DNA of 57,746 nt, the filler included, from Perkinsus olseni (taxonomy: Eukaryota), in NCBI GenBank assembly GCA_013115125.1. It is 2 parts of 2 records of this genome, joined end to end, with 100 filler letters (N's around TTAATTAATTAA, not from the genome) between each part and the next. Parts side by side here need not be neighbours in the genome. Positions count along the whole stretch, not along the records: positions 1 to 28,890 come from JABANN010000441.1; 1 more part is not named here. One strand, given 5' to 3'. The notes under the pieces were generated by a model that saw nothing but the letters and a program-made list of their open reading frames with translations, was not told where the DNA came from and did no database searches. The position numbers were made by a program, and so were the translations under genes. The stretch's first letter is position 1, and every line of letters begins with the position of its first letter. Positions 1-13,599 of the stretch are shown piece after piece.

Positions 1-110
1 GTTGTTCACCACTTTCAGGGTTTCACCACTTTTAGTGGGTCAAAAACCCACAAATACGGATTTTCTCGCCCTTTACCATTTTCAGGATTCACTATTTTCA
101 GGCGGGACCG
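1..110. mobile_element. Probable terminus of a DNA transposon with sub-terminal direct repeats, cut by the window edge
   Basis: Four imperfect copies of a (C/T)AC(C/T)A(C/T)TTT..AG motif (caccactttcagg, caccacttttag, taccattttcagg, cactattttcagg) end at ggcgggaccg. This layout resembles transposase-binding repeats in a TIR. The partner end is not visible. Confidence 0.35.
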
Positions 111-432
111 TTCGATAGACACTGTCCTGAGTTTCAAGAGCTCCTCCAGGACCGCCTCTTCCACCTTGAATCCAATCCTGGGAGCGCTCCATAAGCAATA
201 GTTCGGATGTTAACATCCTCTTCCCCCATCACTGTATACCATAACAACACAACTCCTTTTGTCCTAATATAATGATGTTAGAGAACCTTCTCAGGGTAAG
301 TAGGGCGTAGGCCACTGAACTGGCGCAATGGTAAACTGGTATTCTATAGCGAATGATATGCCTCCTGGCAACAGCCTCAACACCTTCATAAATTTCTCAA
401 CTTCTTCCAGCCTGTGGGGTACTTAACAGTAC

Positions 433-1254
433 TCAGTGTAGTACTAGTCTCTGGATGCCCATCCCCAGTGTCCCTCCCATGAGGGGTCCGACGATGGGAA
501 CCCAGAAGTAGTAGTTGTCGGCGGTGAACACTTGTGGACCCCACCCAGCCAAGGCGCTGAACAGTCTCGGACCAAAGTCTCTTGCGGGGTTGATAGCGTA
601 GCCGGTGTTTACACCGAAGCTGAGGCCGATCGCCAGGACGACGAGGCCAACGAATCCAGCAACGTGGAACCGATTGGCCGGCGCCTTGTCTTGGGGGTCG
701 GTGACAGCAGCGATGGCAGCCGTGAGGAGGGAGCTTCCAACCACCTCGTTCACGACGGAGTTGAAGGCGTTATCGCCTTCCCTAGGGTAAGTAGCGAATA
801 CCCCAGCATTAGACAAATCTTGAACTTTGAAATCTTGGTAGTAGCACAAATAGGTGATGCAAGCACCAATAAAGGCACCCAATACTTGGGACCCAACATA
901 GGGCAGAAGGTCCTTCCAAGGCATCTGTTTGTAGACGCAGGACGCCAGGGACACCGCCGGGTTTAGGTGGGCACCGGAAATTCTGAAACTTGCCAAGACT
1001 CCAAAGGTCACACCGAGAGCCCAACCGATGGCTATGCAGAGGTAGTTGCCGAGACCACAGACGTTAACTTGAGCTACCACGCCCGAGCCGAAGGCTAATA
1101 GAACGGCCGTTCCGAACACTTCGGCAAGACACTTTCTCCACAGGGGAGGAGGCTCCTTCTGTTGTGATGTTGTTGTTCTTGGGGGTGATAATAAGGGCGG
1201 AAGACATTTGGGAGAGTGTAGACAGTCGTGAAGTGATTGTTCCGACTGGCTCAT
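433..1254 (-). CDS. Aquaglyceroporin (MIP family, GlpF/AQP3-like), intronless
   Basis: 273-aa ORF with SGAHLNPAVS and GYAINPARDFGPR (the NPARD signature of glyceroporins), GVFATYP, and six hydrophobic segments. Confidence 0.95.
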   Translation of the reverse strand: MSQSEQSLHDCLHSPKCLPPLLSPPRTTTSQQKEPPPLWRKCLAEVFGTAVLLAFGSGVVAQVNVCGLGNYLCIAIGWALGVTFGVLASFRISGAHLNPAVSLASCVYKQMPWKDLLPYVGSQVLGAFIGACITYLCYYQDFKVQDLSNAGVFATYPREGDNAFNSVVNEVVGSSLLTAAIAAVTDPQDKAPANRFHVAGFVGLVVLAIGLSFGVNTGYAINPARDFGPRLFSALAGWGPQVFTADNYYFWVPIVGPLMGGTLGMGIQRLVLH

Positions 1255-1539
1255 TAAGTACTTATCATAATAAGAACAACGGGAGCTCTGAAAAGACGAC
1301 CGTCCACTCGGTCCAATGGTAGTACCACATACGGTAATTTAGTAACAGATAATTGACATGAGTATGTTTGTAAGCCACTAGTCACAAACAATGCCATATC
1401 GCAGACAAACAGCCAGATTGATTAATCATCAACTACATATGATTTTCGTAGATTGGGTTCCTTTTCACTATATACCAATCGCCATTCTCTCAATAGAAGG
1501 ACCCACACGCGCTGCTCCGAACGAAAGCACTGATTGGAG

Positions 1540-4500
1540 TTACGAAACTGTTGCTATCTTGTCGTGGTAACGCTTATATTGTTCGTGCTCTTGCTGCCGT
1601 AGCTGCAACTTCACCAGGCTGAAAACAGGAAGAAGGCTAGAATCAGAAAAGATCAGCGTCCTCCCTACTTGCTGAGGACCCAGAACGTCTTGTTGTCGAT
1701 AAGGTCTAACTTGATGGTGAAAACGCTGCCATCGACTTCACCTTCTGACACCTGAAGCGACCTCGGATACGAATCGCTGCAGGCCAGGGCTCATACCGCC
1801 AGAGCATCTTTCTCCGACTGCTCAGAGCAAGAAAGCAACTTCACGATGCGGGCAAGGTTTTCGGGATGCAATCTTGTAATTCTCGCCGCGAGGGCGTTCC
1901 GTTCGCCCGGGCTCGGCGTCAACAGTGAGAACCGGTCCAGCGCTGCGGGTGCAGGAAAAGCTGAGGAGAGAAAAAATATCTGAATCAGCGAACAATGACG
2001 CTTGAAAGCCTTACAGGACGGTGACGCTGGACTATCTAGGTCGCCGTCTGAGGAGCTTGACTCGGAGGCAGCGCGCTGAAGGTTGACGAGTAACTGAGGC
2101 GATTAGGGGGCGTTGACCGACCTTCTTCCGTTTCTTCTTTCTCTTAGACAACTTCGAGCTCCCGTCGCCTGCACCACAAAAGTGAATACTCGTCGCACCA
2201 ACTCCCTCACCTTTCTTCGAGTCCTTCCGTGACTTCTTCGTTGGAGCCGATACACCTAATCATATAGCATACCAGCCACTTCAGAGAAGGTCAAGCTTCT
2301 TACTCTCGCCAGGCTCCCCTTCAGCCTCGCTCACTTCCCTCAACGCCTCTGCGGTGAGCCGTACGGTGGGGCTTGGTTCAACCTCCTTCATCCGAGCATC
2401 TTGAGAGGTGGTGGGCATGGGCATCTCCGTGAGGTGACTTACTCGGTATGTTCGCAATGACCCAGTCGTCAACCATGCTACGGGTGATTTCTCGCATCTC
2501 CAAAGCATCCGCGTAGGCATCGCAGTCTGGTTTGTTGAATCTGAGTCGTGCAGCAACCATTGGTGACAGAAGTGGTCTCAGGCCTTGGCTGAGCCTCACA
2601 TCGTGCTGTTGGTCCATATTTGCTCTAGGTCGTTGAAGACGTCTTGGACGTACTGGTACTTCTGAATCGGCCTGAGCACAACAAGAACCAATCGGGTCCT
2701 CGTAGGATCAGGAACATAGCGAAGACCAAAGTAAGTCGCCACTGGAAACCCGTGGAGTATTTAAAGGAAGAAACGACGTCGGCCGCTGCGGAGACGTGCG
2801 GCACGGCTTGTCACAAGCCTCAGAAGGCCCTGGTCAGTAACGCCGCAACAATGTTTCACTTACGGCCTGGGCACACGCGGCTTGCGCCCTCGAGGCCGCT
2901 GCCCCTTCACTTTCATTTCCATAGTGGACAGATCCATTGGCCGTTTCACCATGTACTTGTAGTCCGGGTAAACCTTCTGATCTACGGGCTGGCATACACT
3001 ACATCATCGAACAAGTCTTTGAATGAAAATGGGCCTACCACTAGGAAAAGCTCCGCCCGAGGCTCTTCACGAATCTGTTCCAAGAACTGAAGTACAAGCA
3101 GGACATGCAGGGGTAGCACCTCATGGCTTCGCTAACCTTCAGGAGACTCTTTCGAAGAACATCGTCGATCTTGGTCCTCAGCAGGAGATCCTGCGTTTCC
3201 TCAGAGAGTTTCGACATGAGCCGGGATGGCACCAAAGTAAGGCCACGACCGGCCACTGAGGTCAACGCCATCAACATCAGCCGCACCCGGCGGATCCATA
3301 AGAGCTCGTCCGTGTCGTGCATCCGAAAGCCATCACGCAACAGTAAAGTGGTAGAAAGGTAATTTGGTAATACTGAGGTGGTCACACACTTCCTTGTCGC
3401 AGCGCCGCATAGTCTACTGGTGCCTTCTCCCGGTAGAGGGCGACGACTTCTCGAGCTCGCTGTGATCGCCCTCCCTCGTCACGTACCTAGAGAGGGAAGA
3501 CCTCCGTGACAGCAGACGAAGATCAGGGACTCACAAATCGGCTCATGACGACTCTGCAGTTGTAGACCCCAGCGACGTAGAGGAAGGCAACTGGAGGCAC
3601 CTACAGTGGGAAAGCTCATTCCGGTTCTGTGCGAGAGAGGTTCCGAGCAGCCTACTATGGCAAGGAACTGCGGGAGGACAGGACGGTTCCGGAAGAGATG
3701 CATCCGACTGACACTCCGCCATGCTATAGGGTACGTCAGAGCTGAGATGGACGAAAAACAAACAGAGTTGCTGGGCGGAGCGAAGCGCCTGAGATCCCCG
3801 CCGATTGTACTGCTACCTGCCACGAGCCCCAGTGTGATGGGGGATCCTGTACTCAGCATATCTGACTCGTACCTGCAGATCGGAAGCAAGTCTTCTCGGG
3901 CTCTCCGACGCCTACCATCAGAAGTGACCATACATCGTGAGACCGCCTCGATGTTCCACCTCCGTTGAAGTGGAGGCTCCCTCTGGCAGCTTGAGCTCCT
4001 TGCAGCAGTCGATCAGCGCTCTGAGGAGCAGCACAAAAGTGCGGAACAGCTGGCGAAGACCGACTTGGACCGCCAGGATGAAACTTACTTACGATTCCGC
4101 AGGGACGACCAAACGTCTGAGAGCAGCGAGGGTATTCGGCTGGATCCCCGGGTTTCCTCCGAAGGGTCTTCCGGCGTAGTTGTTGGCATGTTGGAAGCCT
4201 CTACGAATAGCGTTGTGGTCCCCACTAGCTAACTCAATTGCGTTTGCCGGCCCAGGGAAGAAACATGATTTCGCGCTACAGAGGTGACCATCCATAATAT
4301 AAGCGATGCCCTCAGCCTGAGGGCCTCAGGTCGAGGACTGGGTCTCACACATTGACCTCCGGCACCGGAGCCTTCGATGCAACCAGGGTTTCGTAATCAG
4401 TCGGTGACAGTTGCTTAAACATGTCGCGAGCCAGTCTATCCTGGCTGCTAAGTGGGCCGTCGAAATTAACCTGATGATGACCAGAGAGTTCAAAGCCAGG

Positions 4501-4700
4501 TGCCGATCGACTCCGACACTCACTATGTCACGAATGACACTTCTGAAGTGGTGTAGCATGGACACGAACAGCACACCAATCGATGGTATCTGATTAGGTG
4601 GACATCGTCGAGCACAATATTGAGTGACGAAATCGGAGTACGGCGGTAACAACGTGAGGTATTGGGAGCGGCAGTCTGCGGAAAGTCGGCCACGATAGAG
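1540..4700 (-). CDS. Multi-exon bromodomain + extra-terminal (ET/NET) domain protein (BET/GTE-like); 5' end uncertain
   Basis: Spliced exons give EPRAELFLV/PVDQKVYPDYKYMVKRPMDLSTMEMK (~2905-3065) and YQYVQDVFNDLEQIWTNST/FNKPDCDAYADALEMRE (~2480-2670), a bromodomain. ERNALAARITRLHPENLARIVKLL...FTIKLDLIDNKTFWVL (~1670-1910) is an ET domain. Stop codon at 1540-1542. Confidence 0.8.
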
Positions 4701-4874
4701 CTCGACGGAGCACCAGAGGATACATCAACGCTGAGGGGAGGAGGGTCCTGTACGCGGCGGCCCCAGCTGCCTACCTGCTAACATGCTGATAAAAAAAGGA
4801 CTACCACCGTCTTTGAGAATGATGTTCGACTCAAACCTGAGAGAGACTCTAAGCATCGCGTCTAGACGATACGG

Positions 4875-6130
4875 TTACTCATTGAAGCTGGCGACTCCCG
4901 CATTCGCCGTTTGGATGCCCAGCTTAGACCTCGCGTAGCAAGTGAATAAGGCCCTGAATAAGACGAGAGTGGTGACAATCGCGATCGTGTACGGCTGCCG
5001 GAAGTGTCGTCTAACAGTTTTGTGGGATAGAAAGGCAACACTTGGATACTCTGAGAATGAAACGTGCGTCATCATCGTTATAACAATATACAATGCAACA
5101 GTACTCGACTATACCAGTAACTTCACTGGAAGCAACTTCAATTTGCCCAATAACTCAGTGGTCAGCGTGCTCCGACCACCAGAGTCTGGCCCACCCTCCA
5201 ACTGCGCGGTGCAGCCATTGATACTACAAATTAGATAGCATCATGTTAGCCGATGACTTTCGGTATTCTTCAAGGCAAGCAGACAGGGTTCGAAATACTG
5301 GAGGCAAACATCTACCACGAGCAAAATGCGGCTCCGACGCATAAAGAAGACCGCATGCCCACATCGGGCGCACCAGACAGCCGTCTCACAAACATCAACA
5401 TCGTGGACGAGAACAGTAACTGTTACTGTTCTCACACTACTGTAGTGCATCGCAACGATGGAATGGAGTCGTTTCATCGTGAACCTGACTTGACAATGTC
5501 AAGTTGACATACCTGACCATGGAGCGATAGACAATTAAAACACCCTCAGCCGGTCGAACTCGGATCTGTTCTTCTAAGGTGCAGGGCAGAGGCTCACTGC
5601 GCTGAGTACAGTGCTGGAGCCCGCCTGCATAAATAATTTGCAATTCAGCACGCCTTATCAACATAATCTGTTATGAAGTTCATAATATGAACCACCACTA
5701 TTGAATCAATACTATTGACGATGTATTCCCAATTTGTTAAGACACCTCATCGTCGTCGGGTAGCCCAGTCTTGTTGAGTATCGATGGAGTATCGATGGAG
5801 AACGTACCACGGCGTATCGGCTAGGCCTCTCTCTTGGTTATCAATGATGAGAGATCTCAAAATACGTGGAAACAATCCATAGGGACCTTCGTTCCAGCCA
5901 CGACGCCGACAACGAATTGTTGTCAACAATAGGCCCGGGAGTATACACCCGTCGAATCCCGTTGGCAGCGAGCCAGTAGAATATCTAACTACTATTGAAC
6001 CTCCGATCGCAGTCACGTAGAAGAGTAACGGATAGCCCCTAGAGTAGCGTATCCTCTGGATGTAGCGAAGGAGCTCACCTTCATTACAGTAGTGAATCAC
6101 TACTATTGATGAGCCACTTCAGCCATGGTG
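4875..6130 (-). CDS. Hypothetical multi-exon protein
   Basis: Several short minus-strand ORF pieces (5747-6100, 5437-5664, 5241-5477) with GT-AG-like borders. No family recognised. Confidence 0.3.
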
Positions 6131-6299
6131 AATAATTGCCCATAGGAGACAATCACGGATTCTCTCCGGTCACAATCCTTGTCTGAGTTTGCTACTGATC
6201 CTAAAATTTCGCTGATTTAATCAGTGAAAACCCCAGACAAGGATTGCGAGGATTATACTCATTAGATACGCCAAGTCGGAGGAACAACCAGAAGGACGC

Positions 6300-7780
6300 C
6301 AGTGCGCATGTAGCCAGAGCATAAGGCCCTAATTGGCTCGGATTCGATCGGGGCCACGGACAAATACTACCTGGAATTCGTTACAGTTGCCAGTAGGTCT
6401 CCGGAAAGTCGCTTGATGCCCGGAAAGGCTCCAAACCCTTGTCTAGCAACAGCAGCGGGTCCTGGAGATGGGGAGTAACTCAGGTTAGCTCCAAGAACAT
6501 CCATTAACCTGCAGTGTATCATCAAGCGATCGATAGCCGAGAACGAAGGCGGAGCCCTATCCCGATGGAAGCTGCTGACAGGAGAGAGTACACGGAGAGA
6601 TAATGCATATCCAACGCTAGCCTCATAGGAAAGCAACAGAAACATTCATTACAACGGGACTACATAGCGAGAGCATCACATGTTGTTGCAGCCCCAACCT
6701 GGCCGGCCCTTCATAAACTCGTAGTCATCAGGACACCATTCATGGTAGAGATCGATGATCTCCTGAGCTCGTTGAGAGTTCTGGCCTTCAGTGTATATCT
6801 ACAAAGAGCCACTATACGTAGCTCTGCTATGATGTGGTATGTTCTACAGCCTAACGGGACCCTGAGTGCCCCGATAAGCTAGCGCAGATGCCTTGTAGAG
6901 ACTTTTGGGAGGCTCAGCAGTGCGTAAGCTAGCACAGAGACGTCGAAGCGGTCTATCACGAGTCTTACAAACTGACATATCATCCCTCGCTTCATGTATG
7001 ATCGTCGCCAGAGGCAAAACAAGCCTGGAGGGACCTGCGACTCACTGAGATTATAGTTATCGCCCAACAGGATATCAAAGCACCAGCTGGAGCTCTCACT
7101 TACGAATGCGGAGGACAAGACCGTCGCAGGACGGTTGATGAGAAAAGGGTATGCGCGGAGGAACCGCCAACTGACTAGGGCAAAGAGGCCTGATCATCTA
7201 GTAATACAGGCAACCGTCGCAGCAACCACAGGATCAAAAATATGGGAGATCAGCACTCGCGGAGTGCTAGATGAATGACGGCAACTGACCTGCAGCGGCG
7301 TAAGTATTGAAGGGAGCGTCGAAAGCCTCGTCCACGAGGATGCCCTCGAGCCTGCATGACACGCACCGTATAAGCTCACGCCATTCCCCGTGGCCAGGAC
7401 CCAACCGACACATCGCGAGTGCTAGCGGTGTAGCAAGCTTACGATGTGATAGTCTTCCGTTCGACAGGCCCCAGAGTACACTGTCGGTCATCTCGTCGCT
7501 GCATGCGAAACTCCTCAGCACATTCCCTAATAGGTCTGAGCCCGACAACATTGAACCCATACCGAGGGGCCAGCAGCAGTGTTGGGACCTCTACTCACAT
7601 GTAATAATAGAGGGACCGCCAAATATCTCCCCAATACCGCCAGGCCAACGATTTCAGAGCATCTGTAGCGGCTGGACCATAGTCAGTTGTATCCTCCTCC
7701 CCGGCCGGAGAGAAGACATCCGGCATCTGCCCACCGAACACGGTCCTTTCCACACTGTCAACTCGAGGACGTCCATTTTT
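6300..7780 (-). CDS. Hypothetical multi-exon protein
   Basis: Exon-like pieces bounded by CAG/TAG acceptors and GTAAG/GTGAG donors, e.g. DALKSLAWRYWGDIWRSLYYY, RLEGILVDEAFDAPFNTYAAA, GLFALVSWRFLRAYPFLINRP, VPPGLFCLWRRSYMKRGMICQF. Confidence 0.45.
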
Positions 7781-7827
7781 TCACAGAAACGATGAATGCA
7801 GAAACGTGGTTGAGCGAGAGCACTGAA

Positions 7828-10000
7828 TTAGCCACCTAGGGTGGTGATAGGCTGCGGATCTTGACCAAAGATATCCGCTAGCATCTCCTCCTCATACTGT
7901 AACTGGGCTTCTTTCTTCCCAGTATCCCCACAGGCGTTAGGGAATCCATCGGAGTCCTTAACCTCTATGTCTGGCACCTAAAAGTAGCGGCCGTGCAGAA
8001 CCGAGAATCCAGGACGGTGCACCTCACTACCTCAACCTTGCCCCACTCGATGTACTTCACTGCATTGGGATGAATCGGTCCTATCTGCTTCGCTATGAAG
8101 CTGTTCACCGACCTCGTGACGATGGCGTCGTATACCTACTAGACAATTCTTCGTTCAAGTACCCAAGAGACTGCTATTCATTGACCTCTCTTTGTGTAAC
8201 GTCCTTCACGGCCCACCCCAGGGCTGCAAGCTGCCTGTGGCGCATGGCGGCCGATCCTAGTGGCCGAGTGCCGCCGGGTGATACCAAACTATCCGGACAC
8301 AATACCTGTCGGTAGAGGTTCGTGTAGAAAGAATTAACAAGCAGGCCATCACATCCAAGGCCGCCATCTGACCAGGGAACCCTGCCGCCACTCTGTAGAG
8401 ATTGTCAATAACGAAGGACGACTTGTGCGGTATTCTTAGCTGCTCCAGGGCCGCCGATACCCATGAAGCTGCTGTTGTGGCTGACATCATCCGCCGAGCA
8501 TGGAGACCATCACCAGCAAGTGCTCCTCACTATGCATCAGCGCTGTGCCCCTATGATTAGCCTTCTTTCCATACACCACTGGATAAAGGTCATTCCGCTT
8601 GATCGTCCGGACCTACTCAAAGGAGTCTGCAGACCAGCTGCTAGTACGGTTAATTACATCCTTGACGAAGGTGTCGACTCTCGGATCATCCCAGTTCACA
8701 TCAACATAGTCGTCACTGTACTCTAGCTGCACTGCAATCTAACCGGACATAGACGGGAGTGACTAGCCACTACCAAATAAAAACTGTCAAAGCGAGCAAC
8801 TAGCCAAATAAGTAGCTTCGCTTCCCAATTCCAGGAGCGTGTGAGTGACCGAGGCCGGAGTGACTCCTCCCGTTACTTCGCATATCAAGTTAGATAGCGA
8901 CGTCATTCACCTGTTGAGCCATGAGAAGCTGAGTCGGCAACCTCTCCTCGAACAGTATGCACATCTCCGTCATGAGCTCCATTGGAGGTGGCAACGATAG
9001 GAACTAAGGACCCTGCCTGGACGCTCTCGATAGCAATAGAAACTCCTACCACCGCAGCCCATGCTAGCATCAGTATATCATCCCCGCTACCCCCTTCCCA
9101 CATGTGACCGTCAATAGCTTCGCGGCAGAGCACCTGATAAGTGGATGAAAAGCGATAGTCCGGCATCATTGCAAGAGGGAGCGCAAGAGTCCAAGGCTCA
9201 GCGTCCCTCCACTGGAGTATCACTACTACCCTGGCCATATCAAGCCTCGTGTTGAGCTCACAGAGAGCATACACTATCCTCGCCATACTCTGGAAGGAGT
9301 GGAAGCCCCCACTGCTGGCTAAGTGCTGATCAACGTGTTCGATAAGACGTTGGACCTACGACAAGCGTTAAATAAGAGGCTTTTGCTAGCTCAACTTGGT
9401 AGACTATTACAAACATCCCGTCATCATACCCTATCCTGGCACATGCATACACCAGGTCTGCCAGGGTCTCCTGGTCCAGCTTCGATACAGTCGACGAACA
9501 AAGCTCTTCGAAAAGGCGATTGAAGGCGTTCTGCAGTCCCACATGCTTGTGCAAGAGAACCTACCCAAGCACCATCAGCAGAGGACCCAGATTCGGCAAG
9601 GCAGTAGGTAAGGCACTGCAGAACTCACCTTGACAGTATCCCGACTCCGCTGCGGCATGTCCGCGCATGAACCCAAGATACGAAGGAAGATATCGCTCGT
9701 GCCTGAGCTGGCAACCCTGTCCATCAGCGTCTACAGGAACCCTACAGCTGGGAGCCTTGCTAGCTGGCGAGAGCATCATCAGCGTATTCTCCAGCAGTCT
9801 ATCATTATTCAACCTGAGAACTCATATACTGTTCTCCCGTGATAACGGCAGGTGAATCTCAGCGCAGCGACAAATAGTACGACAAATGCCAAATAACCTA
9901 TCTGGGAATAGCTTATTATAATCGGCCCTACCCCTAGGTAGACTAGTTCATTGACAAGTATCGAAGAGCGCAGGGGCATCATGTCAAGGACGAGTATTAT
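7828..10000 (-). CDS. RAP-domain / helical-repeat (HPR/OPR-like) organellar RNA-binding protein, multi-exon
   Basis: Repeat-like exons LDQETLADLVYACARIGYDDG and MARIVYALCEL. RAP-like C-terminal motif SAAMRHRQLAALGWAVKDVTQRE at ~8186-8260. Probable last exon ends at TAA 7828-7830. Confidence 0.7.
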
Positions 10001-10228
10001 CTTTCGTGGCTAAAGAGGATAAATTTTAACGCGTTCCACTACTTTGTCAGCTCACGTACTTCCTCAAATGTTCAACTATTTTATGATGATAGTCATATCA
10101 CCTCACAGAGATCAGTGAAGATCATGCCAAGGTGAGGTTTCCCCTTATTGATGGTAAATTAACGACCAGGGCATTCGACCGACTCTTGACTATCAACGAG
10201 AGTTGAAAGCGTTGCCAATCCCACTTCA

Positions 10229-13200
10229 CTACTCTAGCAGTACGAACGACTGCAGTACGTCAGCTATTTCTGGACCGCTCGGGATCCACCGAACTGTGGT
10301 CTTCATTTTAGGCCCTACAAGATACGTCACGATCCTTCTCCGCACAGTGAAGATCCCAATATTACTCAGCTGCTCGGCCACCGCCTCCCCAAGACTCGAC
10401 CGCTGCTCGCTCGGCTCCACATGAGCCACCACCTGAGGAAGGTGATCGACCCCAGGCACACCATACGAGCAGCTGTTTTATCAATTTCCAGTGAACGATG
10501 AGAATGCCAATTTTCCGTAGACTATATGGAAAGATGCAAAGAGAGAGTACACTAGCGGGCCGAGTCAGAGACAGCTTCGCTCCGCCCTATCACCGTTAGC
10601 AATTGCACGCACTCCGTTGGGCCAAGGCGGTCCAGCTGGCGGCCAAGATGGTCTAGCAGCGGCCTCGTGAGCTCAGGTATGAGGTAGTCAGCCTCCATCA
10701 ATGCCGAAAGTATCTACCAATAGTCGAAGAATGCCCAGCGATGCTTTCACCGGTGCCGTCAAGAGATGATTCGGGGAAGTTTTGGTATGATATCAGGCCT
10801 ACATCGCACACGTTCTTAGCATACATTAAATGCAGCTTGCCAATGGAGGTAAGCGCCATCTCATAGAACCTGACAAGCCCGATGCTTCCTGGTTGCACGT
10901 GCCAAGCAACACCAGTGACAGCCTACAGCTTCTTGTCCCTCACACCAGCCACTCCGAAGCCATACAGAGTCCGGCTGAGCTGCAAGGGAGTGAATGTCTG
11001 CATCAGACGGAAGGACTGCTGCTTCAACGCCTCGAACCTGTGACCGAGATACCAGCTTTTCTCATGGAGCTCCGAGACCGACAGTACCATGCGGGAGGGA
11101 TGGCCCATGCTATCATACAATCCCACGCTATCTGCCTTCCTACTCTCAGAATAAAAATGCCCCGAAAAAGTCATTCAATCAGCTTTGACAGTTATCGTCA
11201 ATCGATTACGGTTTCCAAAAACCCCTTCCTCGCTGTAGAAAATAGAGTCTCAACAAATGGACAGCGGGAACGCGACCGACCCTCCCTTCTCCCAAGTACT
11301 ACAGTTCCTTATGGGAATAATGCAATGACGCCAGGGCCACCACAGCCGAGCAAACGTCCTGAGGAGCACTCGATGGATCCAGCTAGCGTGGATCGGCGTA
11401 CTTGGCAGTTCATATCTCTTGTCTTGGGCATCAGGGCGTGCGCTATGTCACTCATAAAATCTACATCGTTGATGTTAGCATTGGCAAAGCTCCACGCCAG
11501 AGCGCAGAGATCCTGTACGCTGTACTCCAGCATGTACCTAGTCTCAACTGATGGTAAAACTACAGAGCAATGGAGCTCATTGTTCAGACTAATTTCGTGG
11601 CGCAGCGACGGTGAACAGGGCGCTTACGATCGGATGGTTGGCGCCAGGGTGTAACGGAACAGGTCCTCCTCGCCACCAGTTTCACCGAGCTTCGACAAGC
11701 TCCACGTCAGTGACACCAAAGACTTCACAGAACACTCAGTAGTTCGCACCTAAAGTTCAGGAAAAATTGGTATAGGCACGCATGCACACACCCACCGTCA
11801 GAGATTCCCGTATCTTCCGAAAGAGTTCCCTATCAGTGAACTTAGCCCGAGCAAAGGCCCACGATACGGCCGCAATGTCCTGATGACAGCGCATAACCCT
11901 CAACAAAGCAGCCCCTAAGGAAGCCCACCTCCATATCAAAATCATCCATCTTGTCGGACACTCGAGAGCCCAATGCCGAGAATACCGTCTCATCCCGAAC
12001 TCCCAGTTTAGCGAGTGACGTGCCTGATGAGTACTATGAATGGAGTTATCTATTCCCAGCAAGCATAATTACAGACACTGACAAGCTCATGACTGTCGGT
12101 GAAGTCATCCAGCCTTGCACGGACCTGGCCATGGAGGGCTGACTGGAGAGCCTTGACGGCATCGGTAGGGGCCACATGCTTGGACATCCTATACACACAG
12201 TAGAGACCTTGACCTGAGCAACAAGCAATAGTGAGGCTCATACTGCCCCGAGGGTCCGAGACAAGTGACGCACTCTCAAGAATAAAGAATCGAGTGCCCT
12301 CAGTGAGGATCGAACTCGGGTGAATTCCACGACCACTCATACTCTCGGAAGCTCTAGAGCAGTGGGGAGATTTTGAACGGCGATAGAAGAGAAGGGCGGA
12401 CTATCGAAGGCATTCGATCGCACTACCCAGCTGCTTGGGCTCCAATTGATCCACGCTGTTTATGCATCGATCCAGTAGCTCTGATATCCACCTCGGTGAA
12501 GCTGAGAGAGCGGCCATACGCCTCACGGCAGGGCCGCCACCACGACACTGCTACTACCTGTGTTCAAGCGTAATAATGCCCATAGTGTGTTCATGAGACC
12601 AACTCCGTCCAAGGAGCTCAGGTAAGCTCCTAGACGATCCGTCAAAGCCGTGTACCTACGGATGATGGACCGCCTACGACGCTCGACCCTATAACATAAT
12701 ATGACGACATCAAAACAAGCTGCGATCAACAACAACTGTTCGTTCGCAACTGGCTCCTCTCCTCATTCAAAGTCGAGCTCGGGATACGTACGAGTAGACA
12801 GTCATAAAATTACTTCGAAACCATTAAATACGCTATGTCTCGCTCAGCTGGTGACACAGCAGCAACTCACCGTGGGTCATTGGCAACTTGTGAAACTTGA
12901 TAAGACTTGGAGTGCTTAGCAATACGGTGGAGTGCCGTGGCTAGGTTGATACCATCCATGACTTCAAGCTCATCCGCTACCAATGCCAGTACCTACAACA
13001 GAGGCCTTCATGGGCATCCCCTGCCCACTGCACTCACTTGGCCGCTGGTCTTCGACTTCGACAAACGATGCTGCAGGGCCAGACACTCCGGATTCGATGT
13101 GAGCTGAGGAGAGCTCTATTGCACATGCACGGCCATACTATAGAGTTTAGCAAAGGGCAGGGACGCGGGTCTCACCAGAGCCTCCACACTGGACGTGCCC

Positions 13201-13500
13201 CGCAAGAGGCTCTCCAGTCGGCCCTTCTCAGGCGTGAGCATGCCCCTCTCCACAAAGTCAGTGACCTACCAACAACCCACCGTCTCTGCAACCTCTAATA
13301 CGGTCGGCGAGCCACGGCGCCCTCATGGCCGCTGTTGCGAATCCCCGCTCGCGGATCCTGCTACCTGCTTCGCCTGACCAACTTCTCCTACTGCGGTTTC
13401 GTTTGCCTCCACTAAGGTGCTCCGAGGCTTCCCTTGCTCCTCCGTTCGCTCCAATGGGTCTCCCAGAGTTGATATCGACGCCTGAATGAGCCGGCGAGAG
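10229..13500 (-). CDS. Heptatricopeptide/RAP-family helical repeat protein, multi-exon
   Basis: Typical repeats YSVQDLCALAWSFANANINDVDFMSDIAHAL, QDIAAVSWAFARAKFTDRELFRKI, LDGVGLMNTLWALLRL and MDGINLATALHRIAKH. Ends are approximate. Confidence 0.75.
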
Positions 13501-13599
13501 CTCCACCATGAGAGTTTCTCACGCAGCACTACGACATAAGCAGGCCAAACACATTCAGTCAGCACCGCCAAGAGGGACAAGTACGCAGGAATGAAGCAG

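Noticed and set aside
10640-10652. CCATCTTGGC on the minus strand, resembling part of the Perkinsus spliced leader
   Set aside because: Only a 10-nt match, lacks the TCAAG end, and lies within the HPR gene span.
10830-11654. 274-aa plus-strand ORF
   Set aside because: Antisense to the HPR gene exons and introns; no family motifs.
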